Shown piece by piece: positions 26,249 to 40,778 of a stretch of 64,000 nucleotides of DNA (the stretch's first letter is position 1; each line of letters starts with the position of its first letter). The stretch is from sequence record NC_027364.1. One strand, written 5' to 3'. The position numbers were made by a program, and so were the translations under genes. Below the pieces are notes generated by a model. The model ran no database searches and was not told the DNA's origin. It was given only the letters and a program-made list of their open reading frames with translations.

Positions 26249-27725
26249 CTGTGTTTTCCCAATCTTTAACATCTATTATACTATGAGGATATTGTGCTTC
26301 CTTATAGTAAGCTAAACGTTCTCGTAAATGCTTGGCACTATACTTATTAGAACCACTAATATCATATATTTCTACGTGGTCTTTATCTTCTGCTCGGCGT
26401 AATCCACGTCCAATTGACTGTATAGTTCTTACAAAACTTTTTCCTGGCTCAATCAATACTACATTATATAACCTTGAAATACTAATACCAGTACTGGCAA
26501 CGCCGTATGTCGCAATAAGTATTTTATTATCAGCCCAACGAATTTCACCATAAGATGATTCTCGATCTTTCTTTTTAGTTTCTCCACGAACGAATTCTGA
26601 TTTGGGAATGCCTAAAAATTCACATAGCAACTCACCTGCTTCAAGTCTATCTACTAAAACTAAAGTGTTTCCTGATTCAGATAACGCAGATATCAATGAC
26701 GCTACATATGCCATCCTATCTCTGTCAGTTACTAAGTATTTCAACTCTTCAGCATATGATGCAAACTTCATACTACTTTTTAGTTTTATGCAATTCACAT
26801 TACATGTACTTAGTATCTGTTTATCTTGTAATTCCTTTGCAGTTATTTTAAATATAACATCACCAACATTACATTTGATTTTCGCGGCAACTACCGGATC
26901 TTTAGGAATTGTTCCAGTAAGACCCCAACGTAATGGTACGTTATTCATAACTTTAGAAAGTACTTGAACTAATGCGTCACCGCCTGCACCTTGACACTCA
27001 TCAACGATAACACAAACTACTCCATCGATAAAATCATTCACGTCTTGTTCAGTTAATTCAATTTCACCTTTCTTGGTTTTCTTCCATAGAGAGTTAAATG
27101 ATTGCCAAGTCGTAATAGTATGTTGGTGACCAAAATCTTTTTGTGAACCATAGAACATGCCAGTATCCAACCCACACATAATGTAGTCATCATATGTTTG
27201 TTGTACTAAGTCAGTACTTGGTACTATTATAACAGAACGTCCATACTCTTGCACTTTCTTTGACAATGCAGCAGTAATGAGAGTTTTACCTGCACCAGTA
27301 GCTGCCAATAGTAGTCCGTGTGGATTAGCCAAACATGCATTAACCGCATTAACTTGATGTTCACGTAGTTTTATGGATTTACCTTCCATGTGGTGTCCTG
27401 CACCGAATACAACATCACTAAAAATATCTTCATCAATGGGGTCAAATTTAAATCCATAATCTACCCTATGATCTACTAATTCAATGTCAATCTTAGCTTC
27501 ATCAAGAATAGGCAATAACTTATCTAACATATGATAATAAGTTGTCCCGCCTAAATTCATAAACTGAACTTTACCATCCCAACGCCCAATACGTCCTGCT
27601 GGTGTGAACTTTGCATATGGTAACACATATTCAGTTGCACGAATCATCTTTTGTCTAATTGAGGGATCAAGTCCCTCAAATTTACAATTCACCTCATCCA
27701 ATAAGGTTAACTTACAAGTTTTCAT
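26241..27725 (-). CDS. uvsW: UvsW-like SF2 helicase
   Basis: LREHQ, AATGAGKT, VIVDECQ, GLTGT, ATYGVASTGISI, QSIGRGLR. Confidence 0.92.
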   Translation of the reverse strand: MKTCKLTLLDEVNCKFEGLDPSIRQKMIRATEYVLPYAKFTPAGRIGRWDGKVQFMNLGGTTYYHMLDKLLPILDEAKIDIELVDHRVDYGFKFDPIDEDIFSDVVFGAGHHMEGKSIKLREHQVNAVNACLANPHGLLLAATGAGKTLITAALSKKVQEYGRSVIIVPSTDLVQQTYDDYIMCGLDTGMFYGSQKDFGHQHTITTWQSFNSLWKKTKKGEIELTEQDVNDFIDGVVCVIVDECQGAGGDALVQVLSKVMNNVPLRWGLTGTIPKDPVVAAKIKCNVGDVIFKITAKELQDKQILSTCNVNCIKLKSSMKFASYAEELKYLVTDRDRMAYVASLISALSESGNTLVLVDRLEAGELLCEFLGIPKSEFVRGETKKKDRESSYGEIRWADNKILIATYGVASTGISISRLYNVVLIEPGKSFVRTIQSIGRGLRRAEDKDHVEIYDISGSNKYSAKHLRERLAYYKEAQYPHSIIDVKDWENTAG

Positions 27726-27740
27726 CCATGATTACCTTTA

Positions 27741-28559
27741 TTAATTAGTTCGAGTATTATATTCGTACTCAAATGTATATACTAAATCTTTATCACAGTT
27801 AGGGTTACTTGCATCTAAAATGTCACTATTAGTAATCATCCATTCAATGTAATTCAATGGAACTGTACTCATTGGCTCACCTTTGTGTTTACCAAATGGC
27901 ATGAATTGATAACGCATTGGTGTGTTGCAGAAAGTTACAATTTGCTCACCAATATCACCATTAGGTTCAATATGTCCACGTTCGATTGCAATTTCAACTA
28001 ATTTGATTAGAACCTGATAACACATGAACACATCGTCTTTTGCTGCGTGTGCATTAACAGGTCGATGAACATCACGATAACATCCAAACTTATACCACAA
28101 ATAACTTAGAGTTAAGTTTTTAAATTCAATATCTTCTGCGAACATTTTCTTAGCAAGACGAAGGGTACAAATCCATTTATTTTCATCAAGTAAGTACTGT
28201 GAAATTGAGTTACGATATTTATATTCGTTATCTACCATCATTCTACGGTCAAATTGTACATTATGACCAACAAAATACTTACGGCATCCCATAAGTGCAT
28301 CAATGTTATCTAAATCATCTTTATACCCAACACAATTAGCTACATCCTCAGTACTGATAAAGTGCACAGCAGATGCCTCTGGTGGAATATCTTTCAAGGG
28401 TTTGTATCTCAATGTATAGTTATCAATAGTATCAATGTTTTCATGTGAAGTATGTGGATACGAGATACTAAATTCAATAATATCATCTTCACTCTCAACC
28501 CCAGTAGTTTCAGTATCTAGAACTGCTACATTTGATAAAAACTCATTTAATTTTGTCAT
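27741..28559 (-). CDS. DnaQ-family 3'-5' exonuclease (ExoX-like)
   Basis: LDTETTG, VGHNVQFD, AHAAKDDV (DEDDh) and C-terminal MPFGKHKG. Confidence 0.85.
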   Translation of the reverse strand: MTKLNEFLSNVAVLDTETTGVESEDDIIEFSISYPHTSHENIDTIDNYTLRYKPLKDIPPEASAVHFISTEDVANCVGYKDDLDNIDALMGCRKYFVGHNVQFDRRMMVDNEYKYRNSISQYLLDENKWICTLRLAKKMFAEDIEFKNLTLSYLWYKFGCYRDVHRPVNAHAAKDDVFMCYQVLIKLVEIAIERGHIEPNGDIGEQIVTFCNTPMRYQFMPFGKHKGEPMSTVPLNYIEWMITNSDILDASNPNCDKDLVYTFEYEYNTRTN

Positions 28560-28576
28560 TTTATTCTCGCATAGAA

Positions 28577-28597
28577 AAAGGACGCGATATGCGTCCT
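28577..28597 (-). terminator. hairpin after uvsY
   Basis: AAGGACGC-gatat-GCGTCCTT followed by T-run on minus strand. Confidence 0.7.
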
Positions 28598-28606
28598 TAA
28601 TGATAA

Positions 28607-29068
28607 TTATTCTAAACGTGCATCCTCAATACCAGCGGCACGTAGTCTCACAATATTGTTTAACTGAAAAGCTTTCATCTCTAAGGATTTAACAATACTT
28701 GAATATGTATTTCTTATATAAGATACCTCGTTTATAAGTTCTGCTAACTCACAAACATCTTTATCACCTTCAACATATTTTTTACAGTCAGATGAAGATA
28801 GTGCACGGCGGTATCCTTCGAGAAAGTATTTGAACTTCTCGGCTTGTACCTGACGCATTTCAATTTCTAACATTTCCAATACTGCTTCAAGTTCTTGAAG
28901 CTGGCTTAGACGCGTCTCATGCCAGCCAGGAATCTCTTGAGCAATTTTTTCAATGATGCCAATCTTCTTTACTTCACGACGAGCTTCTTCAACTTCTTTG
29001 TTAAAGAACTCAATCATTTCAATAATTTTAGATTTATCATCTTTGATAATCCAATGCCAAGGTTTCAT
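28607..29068 (-). CDS. uvsY: recombination mediator UvsY
   Basis: Helical protein next to uvsX; ALSSSDCKKYVEGDKDV, FQLNNIVRLRAAGIED. Confidence 0.8.
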   Translation of the reverse strand: MKPWHWIIKDDKSKIIEMIEFFNKEVEEARREVKKIGIIEKIAQEIPGWHETRLSQLQELEAVLEMLEIEMRQVQAEKFKYFLEGYRRALSSSDCKKYVEGDKDVCELAELINEVSYIRNTYSSIVKSLEMKAFQLNNIVRLRAAGIEDARLE

Positions 29069-30186
29069 TATTCCTCACTAATATCCACATCAGTACCAAA
29101 AGTTTCATCACCTTTTTCTTCTTCTTTAACTTCTTCAATCAAAGGATGATTTTTAAATTGATGCATTACCAAATCAAGACATGAATCTTCATTACGCATC
29201 CACTCTTTGCGATATTTTAGAATCTGTTCGCCAGTTACAATATCAACATACAATAGACGGTTACCTGATTTAGTGATTAGACCGTATTTTTCAAACATAT
29301 CTAGTAGACCACTACGTGGGTCCATACCTTTATCCCAAGGAATTTTAATTTCTACATCTTCAAACGGCTTGTTGTAACGAGTCTTCATGACTTTACATTT
29401 AGCACGAATACCATTTACTTCGGAAGTTTTATTTCCGTCTTCATCTTCTTTAAGTTTTAATTTACCCATTGCGATAACCATAGATGAAGCATAAATCAAA
29501 CCACTACCACCTGAAACTTTAGGATCTGGGTTAAACATGTCCTGAGATTCATAACTGTGGTTAACGCAAACCATACCAATGTTCAATGAACCAATAGAGT
29601 TTACACAGTTTGTGATATATGCTTTAAGCTGTTTGGGTTTATGACCCATGTCACCTTTAAGGTTACCCGCTTTCATTTGATCATTGGCTACTTCAGTGTT
29701 TAGCATACCAATTGAATCAATAATAAACAATACTTTTTGACGTTCATCTTTAGGTGTATTTTCGTATTCTTTACGATATCCTTCAATGAACTCATAGGTG
29801 AATTTTGCAACGTCACCAATCATACCCATATTGACTTTCAAAAGTTTTTCTTCAGAAGTGTCAACACCAAGTGCTTGAAGCCAATCTGAATCCAATGCGT
29901 TCTCTGAGTCAATCATAACAACAAAGATGCCTTGTTTTTGAGCTTCACGTGCAATATTACCAGATACGATAAAAGATTTACCACTACCTGATTCACCAGC
30001 AAACATCGTTACTTTGCCTAGTGGGATACCACGGTCAAAATAGCCACTGATGCGATAATTTAGTGCGTAGTTACCAGTACTAACCCATGTATCTGGATCA
30101 TGAAAACCAACACTAACACCAGTATTCTTTTTAACACTACCAGTACTGTTTTTAAGAATGTTCGCAAAACCACTTGTCATTTTCAT
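29068..30186 (-). CDS. uvsX: RecA-like recombinase UvsX
   Basis: FAGESGSGKS, IDSENALD, IIDSIGML, VSGGSGLIYAS. Confidence 0.92.
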   Translation of the reverse strand: MKMTSGFANILKNSTGSVKKNTGVSVGFHDPDTWVSTGNYALNYRISGYFDRGIPLGKVTMFAGESGSGKSFIVSGNIAREAQKQGIFVVMIDSENALDSDWLQALGVDTSEEKLLKVNMGMIGDVAKFTYEFIEGYRKEYENTPKDERQKVLFIIDSIGMLNTEVANDQMKAGNLKGDMGHKPKQLKAYITNCVNSIGSLNIGMVCVNHSYESQDMFNPDPKVSGGSGLIYASSMVIAMGKLKLKEDEDGNKTSEVNGIRAKCKVMKTRYNKPFEDVEIKIPWDKGMDPRSGLLDMFEKYGLITKSGNRLLYVDIVTGEQILKYRKEWMRNEDSCLDLVMHQFKNHPLIEEVKEEEKGDETFGTDVDISEE

Positions 30187-30217
30187 AATTCGCTCCTTGA
30201 ATTTTATGAAATAAAAC

Positions 30218-30238
30218 GGGGCAAACTCCGTTGCCCCT
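30218..30238 (-). terminator. hairpin after gp32
   Basis: GGGGCAA-actccg-TTGCCCC, T-rich tail on minus strand. Confidence 0.7.
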
Positions 30239-30255
30239 TAACTTTTCAAAAACTA

Positions 30256-31308
30256 TTACTTACCTTGTTGTTTCAAACGAGCAACTAGTGCAGATGCAGA
30301 TAGTTGTTCTTTTGGTGCTTCAGGAGTGGTTGCTGCTGGGGTAGCGACTGGAGTTACTGGAGCAGCTTGTGGGGCTGGTGTAACTGGAGCAGTAGGTGCT
30401 ACTGGTGCAGGTGCTGACTCTTGTTGTACTGGAGCAGGAGTTGGTTTTGATTCAGTAACAGTTCCAGAGTTAGGTTTTGGTACACCTGCTGGACGATATG
30501 CAAATGCCCAACGTGCTGGATCATATGCTTCACCATTTACTGATGCTTCGAACATTTCTTCAATTGCTTTCAACTCTTCTGGAGTTGGTTGTTTTGGCAT
30601 AAAATCATTTAGATTGTATAGGCCATATTTTTCAATTGCTGCTAGTTCTTCTTCGTTTAGTGGACGCTCAGACATGGAGAATTGAGACATGTCGTAGCTA
30701 TTATAACCACCACCATTCTTAGTTTTAACAATACCAAAATCACGACCTTGAACGTAGTGAGTTGGAGACTCTTTGATGCCTGGGTTTAGCAGGATGGATT
30801 TAACTTTATCAAAGATATCTTTGTTAGCCAGAATACGACGAATTGGATTTTCTGGTGCAATGTCGTCTTTTACTGCAACGCTATCAGGAGCAATAAAACA
30901 TTGCATTAGATAGGTTTTCTTCTTCCAGTAACGACCAGCCATTGCTTTTAGTTCTTCGTTCCCTGTTTCATTCGCACTTTGGAACCATTGACGTACTTCT
31001 TTCAGAACCGGACAGGATTTAGGAACCCACATTTCGTTACAAGGTACTTGAACGGTAACTTTATCAGTGTGCATACCGACTACACCATTGAAAGTTAGGT
31101 TAATCATGTCACGTTCACGCCAGAAGAATGGGTTAGACTCATCTGCATCTGGTAGAAAACGTAGGTTTAGTGGTTCGTTATAAGGTACGTTCCAGAAAGC
31201 TAAGAACGAATCAGCTTTACGCTCGCCAGTAAATGTACCATTCTTTTGAGCTTCTGCTTTTTCTTGTTCTGCTTTTAGGTGTGCACGAATTTCAGCTAGA
31301 GATTTCAT
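30256..31308 (-). CDS. gp32: single-stranded DNA-binding protein (gp32-like)
   Basis: LRFLPD, CPV, GRDFGIVKTKNGGGYNSYDMSQF; Pro/Ala-rich tail. Confidence 0.85.
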   Translation of the reverse strand: MKSLAEIRAHLKAEQEKAEAQKNGTFTGERKADSFLAFWNVPYNEPLNLRFLPDADESNPFFWRERDMINLTFNGVVGMHTDKVTVQVPCNEMWVPKSCPVLKEVRQWFQSANETGNEELKAMAGRYWKKKTYLMQCFIAPDSVAVKDDIAPENPIRRILANKDIFDKVKSILLNPGIKESPTHYVQGRDFGIVKTKNGGGYNSYDMSQFSMSERPLNEEELAAIEKYGLYNLNDFMPKQPTPEELKAIEEMFEASVNGEAYDPARWAFAYRPAGVPKPNSGTVTESKPTPAPVQQESAPAPVAPTAPVTPAPQAAPVTPVATPAATTPEAPKEQLSASALVARLKQQGK

Positions 31309-31395
31309 ATATATCTTCCTTGATTTTGGGTTTCTTTGTTATTTGTTAATTGGCTTCAATGTTTCAGAAACTTCATTGTTCCTTCAACGTTTTAC

Positions 31396-31424
31396 ATTAT
31401 AGCACAGGTTTTTATACTGTCCCA
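31396..31424 (-). promoter_or_regulatory. TGRGAC-class promoter upstream of gp32/uvsX/uvsY
   Basis: TGGGAC agtataaaaacctgtgc TATAAT. Confidence 0.85.
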
Positions 31425-31435
31425 TATTTTTTTAA

Positions 31436-36693
<5,258 letters not shown>

Positions 36694-36702
36694 TCATTGA
36701 TA

Positions 36703-36731
36703 ATTATAGCACATCTTGAATCACTTTCCCA
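36703..36731 (-). promoter_or_regulatory. TGRGAC-class promoter upstream of rnh
   Basis: TGGGAA agtgattcaagatgtgc TATAAT. Confidence 0.75.
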
Positions 36732-36736
36732 GATTT

Positions 36737-36808
36737 GATAAATAATATCATAGAAATTCATTAAATATCTCAGTAAATTTAAATGCTAGTGATATTTTTT
36801 GATAAATA
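36737..36808 (+). promoter_or_regulatory. tandem late promoters (GATAAATA twice)
   Basis: GATAAATAATATCATA at 36737 and GATAAATA at 36801, upstream of a highly biased gene pair. Confidence 0.65.
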
Positions 36809-36854
36809 ACTTTAAGCAGGATATACCTGCACAAAATTTGACAAGGAGATTTTC

Positions 36855-37454
36855 ATGAGTCTTAATTCTTTTAACCGTAACTATGGTATGTCTAGCGTTG
36901 CTCGCGAATGGTGGGGTGGTAATAACGGTTTCGTTACCATCGTAATCGATCTACCAACTGATGTTGAACTAGGTACTACCAAAGTTACTTCTGACGGTTC
37001 TGATGTTCAAGCTGAAGCGTATCAAACTGCTCTAAGTAATGCTCAATATAACCTATTCATGGTTACCCAACTACTACAACAACGTGCAGTTCTAGTGACT
37101 ACCTCTCTACTAGCTCTTGATTCAGAAGTTGTTATTCCTGCTGATTTCAAAAATGCTAATCCAAACGTAGTTGCGTTCGGCACTAGTGGTGCTGATGTAG
37201 CAGGTGGTGCTAATTCTGTTGCATTGACTTTCATCTGTGAACGTCAAGACGTATTTAACAAGCAAGAAGTTCGTCCTGGTTCAGCATGTCCTGCTCCAGT
37301 TGATCCAACTGTTGACCTAGCTAAGTCTATCGCTCAAGCTAAAGTTTTCCGTACCAAAACTTTCGTAAGTCAAGGTACTGATGGTGTTGGTGATGCAGGT
37401 GCATCTACTGCTGTAGCAATTAAAGTACGTGCTGCTCTTCCTGTTCAACTATAA
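36855..37454 (+). CDS. abundant virion protein, paralogue 1
   Basis: AAGGAG RBS; strong high-expression codon bias; shares QQRAV and ERxxVFNK with the next gene. Confidence 0.7.
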   Translation: MSLNSFNRNYGMSSVAREWWGGNNGFVTIVIDLPTDVELGTTKVTSDGSDVQAEAYQTALSNAQYNLFMVTQLLQQRAVLVTTSLLALDSEVVIPADFKNANPNVVAFGTSGADVAGGANSVALTFICERQDVFNKQEVRPGSACPAPVDPTVDLAKSIAQAKVFRTKTFVSQGTDGVGDAGASTAVAIKVRAALPVQL

Positions 37455-37468
37455 TAGGAGGATAGATT

Positions 37469-38158
37469 ATGTCATATACTAATACTTCTTTTGAACGTAT
37501 CAATGGTTATTCCTTTGAACGTATTCTAGGTTACTTTTGTGGCACTAACGCCCTAGCATCCATTGCTATCAGTAAGCTAGGAAACGTAAACGTTCTAGTT
37601 ACTGGTGCAGTTTCTTCTTATGCTGGTCTACAACGTTTTCTAAACACTGATATTCCAGAAGAAATTCTAGCATATCTAAATGATAAAGGTATCAAACGTA
37701 TTGATGGAACTGCATTTGTTCTTGGCACACTAGAAGCTGATTACAATGCATCTTATGCAGCACAAACTAACGTTAAACGTATTGTCGATGTTGTTCAACA
37801 ACGTGCGGTTATCATCGCTACCTCTAACATCGCAGGTAATGGTCTTGAAGTATTTCCAGTTACTGGTTTCACCAACGCACCTGATGGTGTATTGAGTGCA
37901 GGTTCAGTTAGTATTGCTGATGCTTCTGTTGTTACCTTCCTAGTTGAACGTGCTGGTGTCTTTAACAAAGATCTTAAATCACCACAAGGTGTACCAAGTA
38001 CTGAATCCGAAGAAGGCCGTCTACTAATTGATGATCTAACTGGTGTTCCACTACTTGCTAAAGATGGTGTTACCGAAGTTTACCTACGTTCCCAATCTGC
38101 TGATGCAGCAGGTGATTTCGGTGTTAAACTTTTCCAATACATCCCAGCATTGGTTTAA
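37469..38158 (+). CDS. abundant virion protein, paralogue 2
   Basis: AGGAGG RBS; same shared motifs and codon bias. Confidence 0.7.
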   Translation: MSYTNTSFERINGYSFERILGYFCGTNALASIAISKLGNVNVLVTGAVSSYAGLQRFLNTDIPEEILAYLNDKGIKRIDGTAFVLGTLEADYNASYAAQTNVKRIVDVVQQRAVIIATSNIAGNGLEVFPVTGFTNAPDGVLSAGSVSIADASVVTFLVERAGVFNKDLKSPQGVPSTESEEGRLLIDDLTGVPLLAKDGVTEVYLRSQSADAAGDFGVKLFQYIPALV

Positions 38159-38171
38159 TATTTTTCAAAAG

Positions 38172-38200
38172 AAAAGGAGAGCAAATGCTCTCCTTTTTTT
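38172..38200. terminator. bidirectional terminator
   Basis: AAAAGGAGAGCA-aa-TGCTCTCCTTTTTT between convergent genes. Confidence 0.85.
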
Positions 38201-38205
38201 ATATG

Positions 38206-38943
38206 TTATCTATATGAACGAAATCCTTCAGGCAAACCAGGTAGCTTGTCTAATCCTTCGTTCGCACTCACCAGCTTTGTGTCGTAATCATCACTGAAAT
38301 CATCCGTAGCAAGTTTACGCCCCAAGTCTCTCACAAAGTTATCGATAATTTCTTCTTCATCATTTCCTGGATGACCTTCAGCTTTCAACTTTTTCCAGAA
38401 ATATTCATTATAGTCAAATACAAACTCAACTTCATTAGTTTCAGGATCAAGAACAACATCCAAATCAATCCAAGGTTCTTTACGAAGTGTGTATATTTCC
38501 TTAGAATATTCACTTTGTGTGATTTCATCGTAACGATATGCAAATTCAATAGCCTTAAGCCTTTTTTCATCACCTTCTGGCATTAACTCAATGATTTCCA
38601 TATCATATTCTTTTTCTGTAATAACTCCAATACTTAGTTTTGCATCAAGAACTTTAACATCATACTGTTCACGAGTAATTTTAGAATATTTTAGTTCAAC
38701 ATCAAGTACAGCAATTAGATATTCCAAATCTCCAATTACGCTATATTTCTTTTTAATATCCAATTGGGCCAATTCAACTTCATATGGAGTTAGATATGTC
38801 AATTCAGCAACTTTCATATCAGCTTCATAATCATCATTGTAGTAGTATGCTTTAGCTATCTCTTTTGCCTTTCCAGAAAGTCCCCAGTGAGCAGGGACCA
38901 TCCAAAATGGAATAAATTTCTTTTTAGCCATTTTTCTTACCAA
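38206..38943 (-). CDS. hypothetical protein
   Basis: 245-aa acidic helical ORF. Confidence 0.65.
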   Translation of the reverse strand: MVRKMAKKKFIPFWMVPAHWGLSGKAKEIAKAYYYNDDYEADMKVAELTYLTPYEVELAQLDIKKKYSVIGDLEYLIAVLDVELKYSKITREQYDVKVLDAKLSIGVITEKEYDMEIIELMPEGDEKRLKAIEFAYRYDEITQSEYSKEIYTLRKEPWIDLDVVLDPETNEVEFVFDYNEYFWKKLKAEGHPGNDEEEIIDNFVRDLGRKLATDDFSDDYDTKLVSANEGLDKLPGLPEGFRSYR

Positions 38944-39223
38944 AAATCTCTTCGATTTTCATTACATAATATGTATCTTCGCCGCCACCAAGATCTTCAG
39001 TCAGTGGTGTGTTCAAAGATGAACGACCAAACACAACCATATCACCTTCTTTAATATTATGTTCTGCAAGTTGTCCGTTCGGAAGAATTTTACCTGGACC
39101 AACGGAAATTACCATCCCAATACATGGTGGTTCAACATTACCTAGAATAATACCACCAGTACTTTTATTCTGTGCTTCAATTTGTCGAACAAGAACGTAA
39201 TCATTAATCATTTTAATTTTCAT
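38924..39223 (-). CDS. groES: GroES-like co-chaperonin (start revised to MKIKM)
   Basis: NDYVLVR, KSTGGIIL, GMVISVGPG, IKEGDMVVF; GGAGGT RBS. Confidence 0.9.
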   Translation of the reverse strand: MKIKMINDYVLVRQIEAQNKSTGGIILGNVEPPCIGMVISVGPGKILPNGQLAEHNIKEGDMVVFGRSSLNTPLTEDLGGGEDTYYVMKIEEIFGKKNG

Positions 39224-39224
39224 A

Positions 39225-39431
39225 TCAGTAACCTCCAGTATTTGCAAACCATTTTCCACGGAAATAAAGATTAGCACCCTTATCACCTGGAGTGAACACT
39301 TCCAACTTCATAGTTTTTTCACCATTACATTTAGGACAATCATGAGGTTCATCACGATTTGCAATTTTAACAATTTTTTCCATGCTATGTTTGCATTCTT
39401 CTTTTTCACAACGATATGTATATAATGGCAT
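39225..39431 (-). CDS. FmdB-family zinc-ribbon protein
   Basis: MPLYTYRC..C......CPKC...FRGKWF. Confidence 0.8.
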   Translation of the reverse strand: MPLYTYRCEKEECKHSMEKIVKIANRDEPHDCPKCNGEKTMKLEVFTPGDKGANLYFRGKWFANTGGY

Positions 39432-39495
39432 TTTGTATTCCTTTACTTTTTAAATCAAACTAATTTGGGGAACATAGTGTTCCCCGTTATTTATA

Positions 39496-40227
39496 TTAGC
39501 AGCCAGTTACGTAAAATTTGTATACTGCAATTCCAGTATCTAGTGTTACATTTAGCATACCAGTTTTAGTAATACCAAGTGATACTGATTCGGCATTAGA
39601 TACGCGAGATAATGCTTGAAGTACGCGATCAATATTATAACCAAAACCAAGACCTAATTCACCTTCAGTTTTAGAAAAAGCTAGAGAACCAACGTGGTTA
39701 CTTTTGTTTTTCTCACCAACGTGAAAGTATAGGGTGTCGCCTTCAGTATACGGAGTTACAAGAGAACTAAAAGATTTAAATACACCAGAAAAACTCTTTA
39801 GTTCCTGAACTTTTGCTGCACTAGGAATAACCTGTACGTCATATGGTTGTTCATGAAAACGTGGTTGAACTGGAATAAGTTTTTCAGCTTGTACCATAAA
39901 TGTAGTGCTTGCATCTTCAGATTTAAATGCCAGACTTTTAACTGAACCATCTTTAACATTTGATGTGATTGTGGTTCCTTCGGTACTGTATGTTTTTAGA
40001 GACATTAGACCCTGAAGAAGACCTAGATTACCTAAGCCAAAACGACCCTGAACTTCAGGAACATCTTCTTTAGTATATGCTCGCATTACAAGAGTTCGGT
40101 CATCTGTGTACGCTTCTAGATATACACGTTGTCCTTCACCACGGTCTTCACTGCTTACTGCAATACAAGAGAAGTCAATACCACTGGTTGTGTTTACGAG
40201 GTCACGTAGTACGTTGCGTAGATCCAT
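39496..40227 (-). CDS. putative sliding clamp (gp45-like)
   Basis: 243-aa two-domain alpha/beta pattern, close to the polymerase, middle-type promoter. Confidence 0.55.
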   Translation of the reverse strand: MDLRNVLRDLVNTTSGIDFSCIAVSSEDRGEGQRVYLEAYTDDRTLVMRAYTKEDVPEVQGRFGLGNLGLLQGLMSLKTYSTEGTTITSNVKDGSVKSLAFKSEDASTTFMVQAEKLIPVQPRFHEQPYDVQVIPSAAKVQELKSFSGVFKSFSSLVTPYTEGDTLYFHVGEKNKSNHVGSLAFSKTEGELGLGFGYNIDRVLQALSRVSNAESVSLGITKTGMLNVTLDTGIAVYKFYVTGC

Positions 40228-40291
40228 TATATAATTCTCCGTTTTATTTGTTAATCAAAAAATGTTTTTATGTAAGATTACTACAAGCACC

Positions 40292-40320
40292 ATTATATCT
40301 CAAAAATGATGCTTGTCTCA
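40292..40320 (-). promoter_or_regulatory. TGRGAC-class promoter upstream of the clamp gene
   Basis: TGAGAC aagcatcatttttgaga TATAAT. Confidence 0.85.
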
Positions 40321-40328
40321 ATTTTTTA

Positions 40329-40628
40329 TCAGTATTTTGTATTCCAACGTTGAAGATAAGGCTTATCAATTGTAGAACTCATGCCAATTTTATCGCGTAA
40401 TTTTTTCAAGTCTTTTAATGTATGTACATCATCGACAAAAACAACTTTACGCTTTTTCACAAGAGTGTAAACATCAGCAATCTCTCCGTCAACTTCCACT
40501 GAACCAGTGCGAGTAAAACCCGCACCAATTAGAACTACTTCTTCATCATTATCATATGCTAGTACAGAATTAATGATACCATTACCTTCTAATACTTCAC
40601 CAATACGCTTATATATATTACTCATCAT
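40329..40628 (-). CDS. hypothetical protein
   Basis: 99-aa ORF. Confidence 0.6.
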   Translation of the reverse strand: MMSNIYKRIGEVLEGNGIINSVLAYDNDEEVVLIGAGFTRTGSVEVDGEIADVYTLVKKRKVVFVDDVHTLKDLKKLRDKIGMSSTIDKPYLQRWNTKY

Positions 40629-40767
40629 TTTTACCTTGTAATGAAGTCCATTCTACATATTTTTCCCATGCCTCATTTACACTTTCTTCAGTAAGATTCA
40701 ACATCTCATTAGTGAAAGTATCGTTTACTTCGTCATAGTTTAGTTCAATTTCATTTACAATAACCAT
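40618..40767 (-). CDS. small acidic protein (49 aa), missed by ORF track
   Basis: AAGGAG RBS; MVIVNEIELNYDEVNDTFTNEMLNLTEESVNEAWEKYVEWTSLQGKNDE; fills the gap and overlaps the next start. Confidence 0.7.
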   Translation of the reverse strand: MVIVNEIELNYDEVNDTFTNEMLNLTEESVNEAWEKYVEWTSLQGKNDE

Positions 40768-40778
40768 ATTATTACTCC

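Noticed and set aside
30300-30480. Repetitive ACTGG/GCT tract at the end of gp32
   Set aside because: It simply encodes a Pro/Ala/Thr linker; no exact DNA tandem repeat or array.
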